Assembly: GCA_016783665.1 (NCBI GenBank)
Contig: JADHWC010000004.1
Location: forward strand, 1,934-65,933
Length of the DNA stretch: 64,000 bases
Reading direction: 5' to 3'
From: Fidelibacterota bacterium
Lineage (GTDB): Bacteria; Fidelibacterota; UBA2242
Below, piece by piece: positions 1 to 9,531 of this stretch. Below the pieces are notes generated by a model. The model was not told the origin of the DNA and made no database searches. It was given only the letters and a program-made list of their open reading frames with translations. The translations under genes and the position numbers were made by a program. How positions within the stretch are numbered: the first letter of the stretch is position 1; each line of letters begins with the position of its first letter.

Positions 1-353
1 ATATAAGAAAAAGTATAGTCGTTGTTTCCATCAGAAATTATAACCACTGCATCTTTCACAAGATATTTTGATTCCCATAAATCACGCAACCAATAGTCAT
101 AGGGACCTTCACCATACCAGATTGTATCTTTTCTAACAAATACCTTTTCAGGTTCTTCTAACCCCAAGGTATTATGTACACGAACAAAACTTTGTATTGT
201 GGTATCAAGTGATATAAGCGCAAAAACATTAAGAACTGGCTCGTGATCGGAAGTGACATCCTCCCATCCCCATTTCCCGCATTTTGATAGAGATATTGCC
301 GCAGAAAACGTTATAATGACTAAGAATAAATAAAAAATCCTTTTAGTGACCAT
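1..353 (-). CDS. Partial (runs off window edge) probable DUF4249-like lipoprotein
   Basis: Manual translation from ATG at 353: MVTKRIFYLFLVIITFSAAISLSKCGKWGWEDVTSDHEPVLNVFALISLDTTIQSFVRV...VKDAVVIISDGNNDYTFSY, open to position 1. Hydrophobic N-terminus with Cys. Lies directly downstream of a TonB-dependent receptor, the usual context for this family. Not in the ORF track. Confidence 0.55.
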   Translation of the reverse strand, partial: MVTKRIFYLFLVIITFSAAISLSKCGKWGWEDVTSDHEPVLNVFALISLDTTIQSFVRVHNTLGLEEPEKVFVRKDTIWYGEGPYDYWLRDLWESKYLVKDAVVIISDGNNDYTFSY

Positions 354-428
354 AATTTGTCCCATTTGTAAAATTATTAATACTCCGGAATAACACATTT
401 TGTGATCACAATAAAATAATTCAGTCTG

Positions 429-496
429 CCCCGATTCGTCGGGGAATGTACCGGGGTGAAAATTCCCTGCCCGCCGTTTCTCTCTGGCAGGCGGGG
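429..496. repeat. Two short GC-rich REP-like palindromes
   Basis: ccccgat-tc-gtcgggg (429-444) and ccctgcccgcc...ggcaggcgggg (465-496) in the intergenic gap. Confidence 0.6.
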
Positions 497-522
497 TGTC
501 ATTCGTGGTCTAATCTCTCTTC

Positions 523-2994
523 TCAAAACTCAAACCTTATCCCAAGTGTTGGAATAAATGGAAACATTGGGACGCCAAAACGCCGCACCCCTTTGGACCG
601 ATCTGTTTTGTAATCATATTTTTCCTCATAAAAATACATCAAAGTATTCATGTGATTTGTTATATTAATTATTTGTAAATACCATTCTCTGTAACCGATC
701 CTTATGGGTTTCCGATGGATTAAGCTTGCATCCCACCGGAAATACGATGGATATCTTGCACTGTTCTTTTTGCCCACTAAATATCTCTTGTTTAACCACC
801 AGGAAGACATGTTGCTCCAATTATCTTCTTCCCATTTCTCATATCTCCCTAAAATCGGAGTATATGGATTACCGGTAGAATATGAAACAGCGGAACTTAA
901 ATGTATTCGCTTTGTCCATTGCCAATCGCCTACAATATTGAGAGTATGGGCACGGTCATATTTTGGGAAATACCAGGGCTGAACTTCTGTTTTTCTTTTG
1001 GTGACGGCGTAAGTGTAACCAATCCAGCCCTGAACTTTACCGGTTGTTTTTTTCGCAAGGAACTCCAATCCGTAAGCATAGGCGTCAGTATCCCAAAATT
1101 CATTGAAAGGATCGAAACGAATTTCACCCTCTTCTTCAGCGAACATGTCACCCTGCTTTAATGTAATTAAGTTACCAAAATCCTTATAATAAGTCTCTAC
1201 TCTGAAGAGAATATCCTGTGTTGAGAGATATTCAATCCCAAGAATTGTATGATGTGCCCTGCTTGCCGGTCTATCCTTCGGTATTGCCAGCCAGATATCA
1301 ATAAATCTGAAATTTTCGTCCTGCGGGTTTGCAGTTGTCAGGAACTGGTGATATTTTCCCCAGGAAAATTTGAGCGCAAGATTATCCTGCAGCAAGTATT
1401 TAAGCCCGATCCTTGGTTCAAGATATATTTTATTATGTAAACTATAACGGCTTACCCTTAATCCCAATTGTGTTGAGAAGAGTGGATTGATATGCCATTT
1501 ATCCTGGAAATAAAGGGATTGCTCAAAAGGTTTATCGAGCATCCAGAGGGCTGTGTCCTTATGAGTGACAAATTTTTCTTCCTCCAGCTCTCCCCACTTA
1601 AAAGTCATACCCAGGTTGAAATCCAACTGCTTATGCTGTAAACCGGTAGTAATGGTATGCTTGTTATTAGGAATCCACGTTATCTCCGATTCAACAGTCT
1701 TGTCTTTTACAACATCGAATACGTCGAAATTGTATTCATTTCTCCATTTAGAAGTATCGCCTTCAAAAATATACACTCCCTCGCTTTTATCGTCCATATT
1801 GATCCTAAAGCGGAAACGGCTTTCTGCAAGAAAGGTTTTAACAATCAATTTAGGAGAAACAATCCACCGCCATGTCAAACTATTTGTACGATTCCCCCAC
1901 CGCCAGTCGAGCGCTCCTTCATCCTTATTTTCATCATAGTAACTTTCCTGGGGATCATCATGAGAATATTCATCTTCAAAATCAAAATGAAGAACATCAT
2001 CTCCGTAAAAAGAACTCAAAGTCAAGCGGTGGTTATTACCGAGATCTATATTAATTTTACCTTCCAGGTCATAAAAGTAGTAGGGAAAGCCGACATAATC
2101 ATTTTCATCATAATAAGGATCGTTTTTCTCAGCATTTTTTTTAACAAAATACAGGATGCCATTTACTATTTTATCAAAGTAAGTCCTGCGACCTGCCAGC
2201 ATCCATGAACCTTTTAATTTTGTCCATTTCGGAATGGGACCTTCGATAAGCGCTTTGCTGGAAATGATAGAAATATTTGCCTTGCCTGTATATTCTTCTG
2301 TATTTCCCTCTCTATTGATAATATTGAGAATTGATCCCATACGACCACCGTGACGCGCAGAGAATCCACCGGCTGAGAATTCCGCTTCTTTAATTGCATC
2401 TGTGTTAAACGTGGAGAACACACCTCCTAAATGAAACGGGTTGTAGACCGTTATTCCATCCAGCATTATAAGGTTTTGGTCAGGTGTACTACCTCGAACG
2501 TATAAAGCGCTGGAAAAATCGTTCAGTGATTGAACGCCCGGCAGCAGCTGTATTGCACGAAAAACATCAGCTTCAATAAATCCGGGTGCTACTTTGATTT
2601 CACGCATTGTGAGATTGATGGTGCTCAATTCCATTTTCTCTTTAAACTTCATTCGTTCCGCTGTAACGGTTACTGTTTCGCCGGTGATAGGTGAAACCTT
2701 AAGACGAAAATCAACACGTAAATTTTTTCCTGCCGCCACTATAATTGATCGTGTTGCATCTTCATAGCCAATAATTGAGACCATCAACTCATACTTCCCT
2801 GGCGGGACGGACGGAATGACGTAATAGCCATCCTGTCTTGTTGCTGCGCCCCAATATGTCCCTTTTAGAAATACATTTACATAAGAGAGCGGCTCGCCCG
2901 TGGCATCTTCGCGGACAAATCCACTAACGGAAACATTTTGTGTAAAAGCAGTCACTGAAAGAAGTAATATAAGAATCGGTAAACATTTTTTCAT
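523..2994 (-). CDS. TonB-dependent outer-membrane receptor with N-terminal carboxypeptidase-regulatory-like domain
   Basis: 823 aa, signal peptide, VSGFVRED-TGEPLSYVNV N-domain, plug motifs LPGV, LYVRGSTPDQNLIMLDG and GGFSARHGGRMGSILNI, C-terminal GIRFEF (terminal Phe). Confidence 0.92.
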   Translation of the reverse strand: MKKCLPILILLLSVTAFTQNVSVSGFVREDATGEPLSYVNVFLKGTYWGAATRQDGYYVIPSVPPGKYELMVSIIGYEDATRSIIVAAGKNLRVDFRLKVSPITGETVTVTAERMKFKEKMELSTINLTMREIKVAPGFIEADVFRAIQLLPGVQSLNDFSSALYVRGSTPDQNLIMLDGITVYNPFHLGGVFSTFNTDAIKEAEFSAGGFSARHGGRMGSILNIINREGNTEEYTGKANISIISSKALIEGPIPKWTKLKGSWMLAGRRTYFDKIVNGILYFVKKNAEKNDPYYDENDYVGFPYYFYDLEGKINIDLGNNHRLTLSSFYGDDVLHFDFEDEYSHDDPQESYYDENKDEGALDWRWGNRTNSLTWRWIVSPKLIVKTFLAESRFRFRINMDDKSEGVYIFEGDTSKWRNEYNFDVFDVVKDKTVESEITWIPNNKHTITTGLQHKQLDFNLGMTFKWGELEEEKFVTHKDTALWMLDKPFEQSLYFQDKWHINPLFSTQLGLRVSRYSLHNKIYLEPRIGLKYLLQDNLALKFSWGKYHQFLTTANPQDENFRFIDIWLAIPKDRPASRAHHTILGIEYLSTQDILFRVETYYKDFGNLITLKQGDMFAEEEGEIRFDPFNEFWDTDAYAYGLEFLAKKTTGKVQGWIGYTYAVTKRKTEVQPWYFPKYDRAHTLNIVGDWQWTKRIHLSSAVSYSTGNPYTPILGRYEKWEEDNWSNMSSWWLNKRYLVGKKNSARYPSYFRWDASLIHRKPIRIGYREWYLQIINITNHMNTLMYFYEEKYDYKTDRSKGVRRFGVPMFPFIPTLGIRFEF

Positions 2995-3018
2995 ATTTTT
3001 TCTCGTTAATTTATAATT

Positions 3019-4212
3019 TTATCCGACGAAAATAATTGAAAACAGAGTCACACAAATAATCGCAACCAGTCCCGGCATCAACACTTTTTGGTAAAATTCT
3101 TTAAGATTGCTCCGGAAGTATTCAATAGTAACCGATATGCAGGGATGAACCGGGCTGACGATATAGCCGATAAAAACCGCAAAATACATTACCGCAAAAA
3201 CCATTGGCGTCACACCGTCTGCGCCGAAGCGCGCGTAAAATATCGGCAGGATTATAGATACGGGCACCTGAACACGACCGGTGACGAAACCGAGAAAGAC
3301 TCCAATTCCCACAATCAGAAATGTTTTGGAAAATGCAATTGCCGATATAGCCTCAGACGCATTCGAAGCCTTAAAGACATTCAGAAAAATGAACATTGCC
3401 ATGATCAGCAGGAAGAATCGCCAGGGTTTCGTTTTTACTGTTAAAGGCGCGATATCTTTCAGGGGTAATTTGCCGAAATAAAAACTCATACCGAGAGCTG
3501 CCAGAACACCGATCAGCAAAGGAATTTCTCCCATGACACTTTTAAATAGTGTAATGGAGGTTACATGAATAAGCGGCGCTGTTAAAATTATACATATTGG
3601 CGTCAGAATATTTTTCCAGTTATGTTGCCCCGCCAGGCTGGTTGTGTCCTCAATCGGTTTCAGCAGATAAAAATATCCGAGAAGCAACAGCAGCAGAAAG
3701 CCCGGCAGTAAATACAGCACTTCCGTATAAAGATTTAGTTGCGCCATCTTGGTGGTTGCCAGCAGACCGGCAAGAGGATAGACCATCACCAGAATATGCC
3801 GGAACCAGACATTGATAGCAACATAGTCTGCTTTGGACGCGCCCTTTCCGACGCCGGCGATGACCGGAGCAGACAGCAGCGCACCGCCGGGCATATTGAG
3901 CATACCCATAAATGCCGGTGCAAGAGCAAGGAAGGTTTTACTGCGCATGTTCAGGGATTGTATCAGATTTTTGATGAGTCCCGATCGACCTAAAACCCCG
4001 CCGATCAATGGTATGACCCCAACCGACAGCGCCAGAATAAGGATTGGCGGATTGGTGAAGGTGTTGAAAAAAATCTTTGCCACATCCTGAAATGACAGGT
4101 TTAAAATACCGAGAGTAAAAGCGGCGACGATCAATCCCAGCCAGATACTCTTTCTTCCGATGAGGATCAGCAGGAAAATCGAGGACAGGAAACTGAACCA
4201 TATAAACGCCAT
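3019..4212 (-). CDS. DUF401-family (TIGR00529-like) integral membrane protein
   Basis: 397 aa, multi-pass hydrophobic, motifs GMLNMPGGALLSAP, NVWFRH and SPVHPC. Confidence 0.75.
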   Translation of the reverse strand: MAFIWFSFLSSIFLLILIGRKSIWLGLIVAAFTLGILNLSFQDVAKIFFNTFTNPPILILALSVGVIPLIGGVLGRSGLIKNLIQSLNMRSKTFLALAPAFMGMLNMPGGALLSAPVIAGVGKGASKADYVAINVWFRHILVMVYPLAGLLATTKMAQLNLYTEVLYLLPGFLLLLLLGYFYLLKPIEDTTSLAGQHNWKNILTPICIILTAPLIHVTSITLFKSVMGEIPLLIGVLAALGMSFYFGKLPLKDIAPLTVKTKPWRFFLLIMAMFIFLNVFKASNASEAISAIAFSKTFLIVGIGVFLGFVTGRVQVPVSIILPIFYARFGADGVTPMVFAVMYFAVFIGYIVSPVHPCISVTIEYFRSNLKEFYQKVLMPGLVAIICVTLFSIIFVG

Positions 4213-4526
4213 GAAAACCCCTCTTTTAAATTAAAGCGTGCTAAAGATAGATATTCAGTAAATTGTTTCAAAGAAAATCAGATTTCTTGTTTATCCTGGT
4301 TAAGAGATAAGCTCCTCCAAAACCAATTTAGACCTTCAGTCAGGAATTGGTTTGGTATGATTTCTATCATTTATTGGATTGATTATTTTTTCTTGAAAAT
4401 GGCGTGATGTTTGTAGCATTACGTAAAAGTCGTTGGAATTGAAGGAAATTTATCTCATATTTTTAGGAATAATATGCAATTAATTCTCGACTTTGAAAAA
4501 CAACACAACTTTTTAGGGAATGCAAC

Positions 4527-5477
4527 ATGAAAAAGATTCTTGTGACCGGATCTTTGGGGCAGATCGGCTCGGAACTGGCGACCGCTTTATGTAATCGATA
4601 TGGCGCCAATAACGTGATAATTTCCGATATAAGGGAAAAGCGAAGTGATGATGAAACAGCAGAATGTAAATGCGCAGTTCTGGATGTAAGCAACGTGAAG
4701 CAGATCGCCAGGATTGTTCACGAAGAGAAAATCACTGTTATTTATCATCTGGCGGCTCTTCTGTCGGCAACGGCGGAAAATAATCCACAGCTGGCATGGG
4801 ACATTAATATTAACGGGCTTTACAATATTCTTGAGGTGGCAAGGGAATATAATTGCGCCGTGTTCACGCCGAGCAGTATTGGCGCTTTTGGACCGACGAC
4901 GCCTGCTGAAAATACACCGCAGGATACAATTCAGCGCCCGACGACAATTTACGGAGTCACAAAGGTTGCCGGAGAGCTGCTCTGTGATTATTACTACAAA
5001 CGCTTTGGCGTGGACACTCGCGGACTGCGCTATCCTGGGATCGTCTCTTATAAGACACTGCCGGGTGGTGGCACGACGGATTATGCGGTGGATATCTATT
5101 ATGAAGCCATCAAACAGAAAAAATACACCTGTTTCCTGAAAGCCGGCACATTTCTTGACATGATGTATATGCCGGACGCTATAAAAGCTGCTATCGATCT
5201 GATGGAAGTCGATCCGGACAGGCTGGCTCATCGCAATGCCTTTAATGTCACAGGGATGAGTGTCGATCCCGAGAAAATTGCTGCATCGATTCGCCAACAT
5301 ATTCCTGATTTTGTGATTGATTATGACATCGATCCTGTTCGCCAGGGAATTGCGGATTCCTGGCCCAATTCTCTTGATGATTCCGCCGCCAGAGAAGAAT
5401 GGAATTGGGAGCCTGAATATAATCTTGACAGAATGACTGAAGAGATGTTGAAGTGCCTGAAAGAAAAACTTTTATAA
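4527..5477 (+). CDS. tdh: L-threonine 3-dehydrogenase, SDR/epimerase type
   Basis: GSLGQIG Rossmann motif, HLAALLSATAE, PSSIGAFGP, catalytic YGVTK, LRYPG and PGGGTTDYAVDIY, typical of SDR-type TDH. Confidence 0.85.
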   Translation: MKKILVTGSLGQIGSELATALCNRYGANNVIISDIREKRSDDETAECKCAVLDVSNVKQIARIVHEEKITVIYHLAALLSATAENNPQLAWDININGLYNILEVAREYNCAVFTPSSIGAFGPTTPAENTPQDTIQRPTTIYGVTKVAGELLCDYYYKRFGVDTRGLRYPGIVSYKTLPGGGTTDYAVDIYYEAIKQKKYTCFLKAGTFLDMMYMPDAIKAAIDLMEVDPDRLAHRNAFNVTGMSVDPEKIAASIRQHIPDFVIDYDIDPVRQGIADSWPNSLDDSAAREEWNWEPEYNLDRMTEEMLKCLKEKLL

Positions 5478-5495
5478 ATAATCGTTAGTGATTTT

Positions 5496-5867
5496 ATGAT
5501 TTTCGGAATTGGAATAGATAATATCGAAGTGGATAGAGTTCGGAAGCAACTTGAGCAAAACAGATTTAAGGAAAAAATATTTTCACCAGCCGAGATCGAA
5601 TATTGCGATAACAGGAAGAATTTCGCCGAGTGCTATGCCGCCCGCTTTGCCGCGAAGGAGGCTTTCCTTAAGGCGATCGGAACGGGCTGGCGGGGCGATT
5701 TGGCTTTCAATGAAATTGAAGTATTGAATGATAAATTGGGAAAACCGGTATTGAAGCTTTATGGAAAATCAAAAGAGTTTGCCGAGGAAAACGAAATTGA
5801 CAACATTCATGTTTCGCTTACCCACCTGAAAAATTATGCAAGCGCAATAGTTATTATTGAAAAATAA
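5496..5867 (+). CDS. acpS: Holo-[acyl-carrier-protein] synthase (phosphopantetheinyl transferase)
   Basis: 123 aa, GIGIDNIE, YAARFAAKEAFLKA, GKPVL, IHVSLTH. Confidence 0.95.
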   Translation: MIFGIGIDNIEVDRVRKQLEQNRFKEKIFSPAEIEYCDNRKNFAECYAARFAAKEAFLKAIGTGWRGDLAFNEIEVLNDKLGKPVLKLYGKSKEFAEENEIDNIHVSLTHLKNYASAIVIIEK

Positions 5868-5880
5868 GGGAGAGTTATTT

Positions 5881-7587
5881 ATGTCGAACATTGGCTCATA
5901 CAAAGAAAGGTTGAAGAACTTTGACTGGTCGATAGCCGAGAAAGAACTCGGTTATAATGAAGGTGAAGTCATAAATATTGGCTGGTACTGTTCCGACCGC
6001 ATCTGTGAATTGGGGAAAGCCGGTAAAACGGCTCTCATCTGGGAAGGATTGGGTGGTGGCGCCAGGCAATATACTTTCGATGATGTTCGTGTAAGGAGCA
6101 ATAAATTTGGGGCTTTTCTACGAAGTTTGGGATTGAAGAACGAGGATAGGGTTTGCCTTTTTATGGATAAGATTCCCGAACTCTATATTGGTTTTCTGGG
6201 AGTACTGAAAATCGGAGTGATTGCCCAGCCGCTTTTCTCTGCCTTTGGAGACGAATCTCTGCATGTTCGCCTGGATAATGCGGAAACCACCGCAATAATT
6301 ACTCAGAGAAAACATGTCTCGAAAGTGCGCAGGATCATTGAGAAGAGCCCCTATCTGAAAAATGTAATCATCGTGGATTATGATGGGAAGAAACCACTGA
6401 AAGACAGAGAGATAACGTTCGACATGGAAGAATATGAAGAACCGAAAGACTTTGAATTCTTTCCCACAAAAGCTGAATCGCCATCGGTGCTGCATTATAC
6501 TTCGGGGACAACCGGTCAGCCCAAAGGCGTAAAACATGTTCACTATTCTCTAGTTTCGCAATATCTTACTACCAAATGGGTGCTTGATCTTCAGGAAGAC
6601 GATATTTACTGGTGTACAGCTGATCCGGGCTGGGTTACCGGTACGTCATACGGTATTATCGGACCCTGGAGCATGGGAATTACCCAATGCGTTATGGATG
6701 TGGGGTTTTCCGCTGAAAACTGGTACAAATTCATTGAGAAACATAAAGTAACCATGTGGTATTCCGCCCCCACGGCAATCCGTTCCTTAATGAAAGCCGG
6801 CGATGAGGTTGTGAAAAAACATAATTTGTCTTCGCTGCGTCACCTGGCAAGTGTGGGCGAGCCCCTGAACGCCGAAGCGGTAATCTGGTCGGAAAAAGTA
6901 TTTGGAAAACCATTTCTGGATACTTATTGGCAAACAGAAACTGGCTCCATAATGCTCACGAACTTTCCCGGTATGAAGATCAAGCCGGGCTCGATGGGAA
7001 AAGCTTTTCCGGGAATTACAGCAACCATTGTTGATACAAAAACATTTAAGCCCATTCAGGAAGTCGGGAAGATTGGTCTGATCGCCTTCAAACCCGGCTG
7101 GCCAGCCATGATGAGAACATACTGGAACAACGAAACAACCTATAAATCCAAGTTTACAAATGGATGGTACCTGCCCGGAGACAGGGCATATATTGACCAG
7201 GATGGATATTTCTGGTTCGTTGGTCGTGAAGACGATGTGATCAATACCGGTGGGCATCTGGTCAGTCCGTTTGAAGTGGAATCGGCGCTGCTGGAACACG
7301 AAGCTGTTGCCGAATCAGCCGTGGTTGCCAAGCCGGACGAAGTGAATATGGAAGTTGTGAAAGCTTTTGTGATGCTTAATGCCGGCTATGTGGCTGACAA
7401 TATGCTTGAACTTAATATTATGAACTTTATTCGTAAAAAACTTTCTCCGCTGGCGATGCCCCAGGAGATAGAATATGTAAAGACCCTGCCCAAAACCCGC
7501 AGTGGTAAGATCATGAGACGGCTTCTGCACGCCAAAGAATGGGGCGAGGAAATCGGCGATACTTCGACTCTTGGGGACGATGAATAA
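5881..7587 (+). CDS. acsA: Acetate--CoA ligase-like adenylating enzyme (short Bacillus AcsA type)
   Basis: LHYTSGTTGQPKGV (A3), WCTADPGWVTGTSYG, SVGEPLN, DTYWQTETG (Trp of the small acyl pocket retained), PKTRSGKIMRR. Start placed at ATG 5881 (MSNIG) after a GGGAG RBS; the ORF track starts at 5857. Confidence 0.88.
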   Translation: MSNIGSYKERLKNFDWSIAEKELGYNEGEVINIGWYCSDRICELGKAGKTALIWEGLGGGARQYTFDDVRVRSNKFGAFLRSLGLKNEDRVCLFMDKIPELYIGFLGVLKIGVIAQPLFSAFGDESLHVRLDNAETTAIITQRKHVSKVRRIIEKSPYLKNVIIVDYDGKKPLKDREITFDMEEYEEPKDFEFFPTKAESPSVLHYTSGTTGQPKGVKHVHYSLVSQYLTTKWVLDLQEDDIYWCTADPGWVTGTSYGIIGPWSMGITQCVMDVGFSAENWYKFIEKHKVTMWYSAPTAIRSLMKAGDEVVKKHNLSSLRHLASVGEPLNAEAVIWSEKVFGKPFLDTYWQTETGSIMLTNFPGMKIKPGSMGKAFPGITATIVDTKTFKPIQEVGKIGLIAFKPGWPAMMRTYWNNETTYKSKFTNGWYLPGDRAYIDQDGYFWFVGREDDVINTGGHLVSPFEVESALLEHEAVAESAVVAKPDEVNMEVVKAFVMLNAGYVADNMLELNIMNFIRKKLSPLAMPQEIEYVKTLPKTRSGKIMRRLLHAKEWGEEIGDTSTLGDDE

Positions 7588-7593
7588 AACTTT

Positions 7594-7663
7594 GCCACCA
7601 AGACACGAAGGCACAAAGAAAAAACTACTATTAATTAACTTAGTGTCTTGGTGACTTTGTGGC
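7594..7663. repeat. Imperfect inverted repeat (REP/MITE-like)
   Basis: gccaccaagacacgaaggcacaaag ... cttagtgtcttggtgactttgtggc between acsA and the carrier protein gene. Confidence 0.55.
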
Positions 7664-7699
7664 TGAATAATTTCAAAAAATCAACATAGGAGAAAAAAA

Positions 7700-7945
7700 A
7701 TGGAAGAGATCAGAGATGCTGTATTGGAATATGTTATTGAAGAATACCTGGAAGACGAAGACGAGGAAATTAGTTATGAAACGCCGCTCATTTCAGGTGG
7801 AATAGTAGATTCATTCTCAATGGTGTCGCTCAAGAGATTTCTGGAAGCAAGATACAATATATCCATACCTGATGAAAAGGCGTCGCCGGAAGCTTTTGAT
7901 ACGGTAAATAGTATTACAGCCCTGGTTAAAGAAATTACCAGTTAA
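7700..7945 (+). CDS. Acyl/aminoacyl carrier protein (stand-alone)
   Basis: 81 aa, very acidic, LISGGIVDSFSMVSL with phosphopantetheine Ser, IPDE...FDTVNSI tail, AGGAG RBS. Confidence 0.9.
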   Translation: MEEIRDAVLEYVIEEYLEDEDEEISYETPLISGGIVDSFSMVSLKRFLEARYNISIPDEKASPEAFDTVNSITALVKEITS

Positions 7946-8079
7946 AAACCAGAGTGATGTTTCATGGTGTTATAAATCGGTGATATATGTAAAAAACAGT
8001 CAACCATTAAGCGGAATTCACATGGTTGACAAAACCAAATATTTAGAAAATTCTTAAAATTGATAAAGAAGGGATTGTT

Positions 8080-9327
8080 ATGAGTTTTAATGAAAAAATC
8101 AGAGCCATGTATGTTGAGCAGCTAGAGGGCATTAAGGATGCCGGAATCTTCAAGCAGGAAAGATTCATCCATTCCGCTCAGGCTGCCGATATCGTAGTGG
8201 AATTCCCCGCCGGGTCTTCGCTGAAAAAGGTAATCAACATGTGCGCCAATAATTACCTGGGACTTTCCAGCCACCCGGAAGTAGTAAAAGCCGCCCACGA
8301 TGGGCTTAATACAAGAGGATACGGAATGTCTTCAGTACGATTTATCTGCGGCACGCAGGATATCCATAAAGAACTGGAAAGAAAGGTCACCGAATTTCTC
8401 GGAACAGAAGACACGATTCTTTTTCCATCTTGCATGGACGCCAACGCCGGCGTCTTCGAAGCTATCCTCACGGATGAGGATGTGATGATCTCCGACAGAT
8501 TAGTGCACGCCTCAATCATTGACGGTATCCGTCTTTGCAGTGCAATGCACGATACGTTCAAACATTCTAATATGAGCCACCTGGAAAAGAAACTGCAGCT
8601 TCATGCCGATAAGAGGCTGAAAGTTGTAATCACAGATGGTGTATTCAGTATGGATGGCGATACCGCCAAACTCGATGAAATGGTCGCACTTTGTGAAGAG
8701 TATGACGTAATGTTGTTTGTGGACGATTCTCATGCGACGGGATTCATTGGTAAGACCGGCAGGGGAACTCATGAAAAATGCGGCGTCTTTGGAAAAATTG
8801 ACATCATTACCACTACTTTCGGAAAAGCGCTTGGCGGCGCATCCGGCGGATGTGTTGCCGGGCGAAAAGAACTGGTCGAGATGTGCCGGCAGAAAGCACG
8901 TCCCTATCTGTTTTCCAATACAATCGCGCCGGTTGTGGTTTCCGGTGTGCTCAAAGTGCTGGATATTTTATCCGAGAGTACTGAAAGGCGGGACAAACTG
9001 GAAAAGAACACTGCATATTGGCGGAAAGGGCTAACAGAAGCCGGATTTGTATTAAAGGATGGTGATACGCCAATCGTCCCGGTGATGCTGTTCAATGCGA
9101 AATTATCCCAGAATATTTCCAAGGACCTGTACGATGAAGGCATTTATGCTATTGGCTTCTTCTTTCCGGTTGTTGCCAAGGGGCAGGCCCGTATCCGAAC
9201 CCAGATCTCTGCCGGTCACGAAATTCACCATCTTGATAAAGCCCTGGATGCATTTATCAAAGTCGGCAAGAAATATGATATTCTCGGTAAGTCCAAACAG
9301 GAAATCATCGAAATGTACAGACTATAA
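8080..9327 (+). CDS. kbl: Glycine C-acetyltransferase (2-amino-3-ketobutyrate CoA ligase), AOS-family PLP enzyme
   Basis: CANNYLGLS, SVRFICGTQ, FSMDG, DDSHATG, TFGKALGGASGG (PLP Lys), RPYLFSN, ARIRTQISAGH. Confidence 0.9.
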   Translation: MSFNEKIRAMYVEQLEGIKDAGIFKQERFIHSAQAADIVVEFPAGSSLKKVINMCANNYLGLSSHPEVVKAAHDGLNTRGYGMSSVRFICGTQDIHKELERKVTEFLGTEDTILFPSCMDANAGVFEAILTDEDVMISDRLVHASIIDGIRLCSAMHDTFKHSNMSHLEKKLQLHADKRLKVVITDGVFSMDGDTAKLDEMVALCEEYDVMLFVDDSHATGFIGKTGRGTHEKCGVFGKIDIITTTFGKALGGASGGCVAGRKELVEMCRQKARPYLFSNTIAPVVVSGVLKVLDILSESTERRDKLEKNTAYWRKGLTEAGFVLKDGDTPIVPVMLFNAKLSQNISKDLYDEGIYAIGFFFPVVAKGQARIRTQISAGHEIHHLDKALDAFIKVGKKYDILGKSKQEIIEMYRL

Positions 9328-9531
9328 TATTTAAGTTTTTATGAATTATTTCTAAAACAATATCTGGAACTTGGAATAGCCTTCAGAATTAATTAACCCT
9401 GTGACGTCTCTTGGGAGATATGATACGATATATAATATCAACCAGCAATTGTAAATACTACATTCGGTATATTAAATTTGTAAGTTGCGTAATAGGGTTA
9501 ATAGCGACAGCAAAAGGAATCCGAATTAAAA

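Noticed and set aside
400-411. TTGTGATCACAA as a CRP/Rex site
   Set aside because: It is a perfect 12-bp palindrome but has no spacer. CRP needs TGTGA-N6-TCACA and Rex needs a longer core.
8080-9327. Serine palmitoyltransferase / sphingolipid cluster
   Set aside because: Motifs (SVRFICGTQ, DDSHA, GKALGGASGG, RPYLFSN) match Kbl, the ligase has a short-chain pocket, and the SDR matches TDH. A long-chain ceramide pathway is not supported, although the architecture is analogous.
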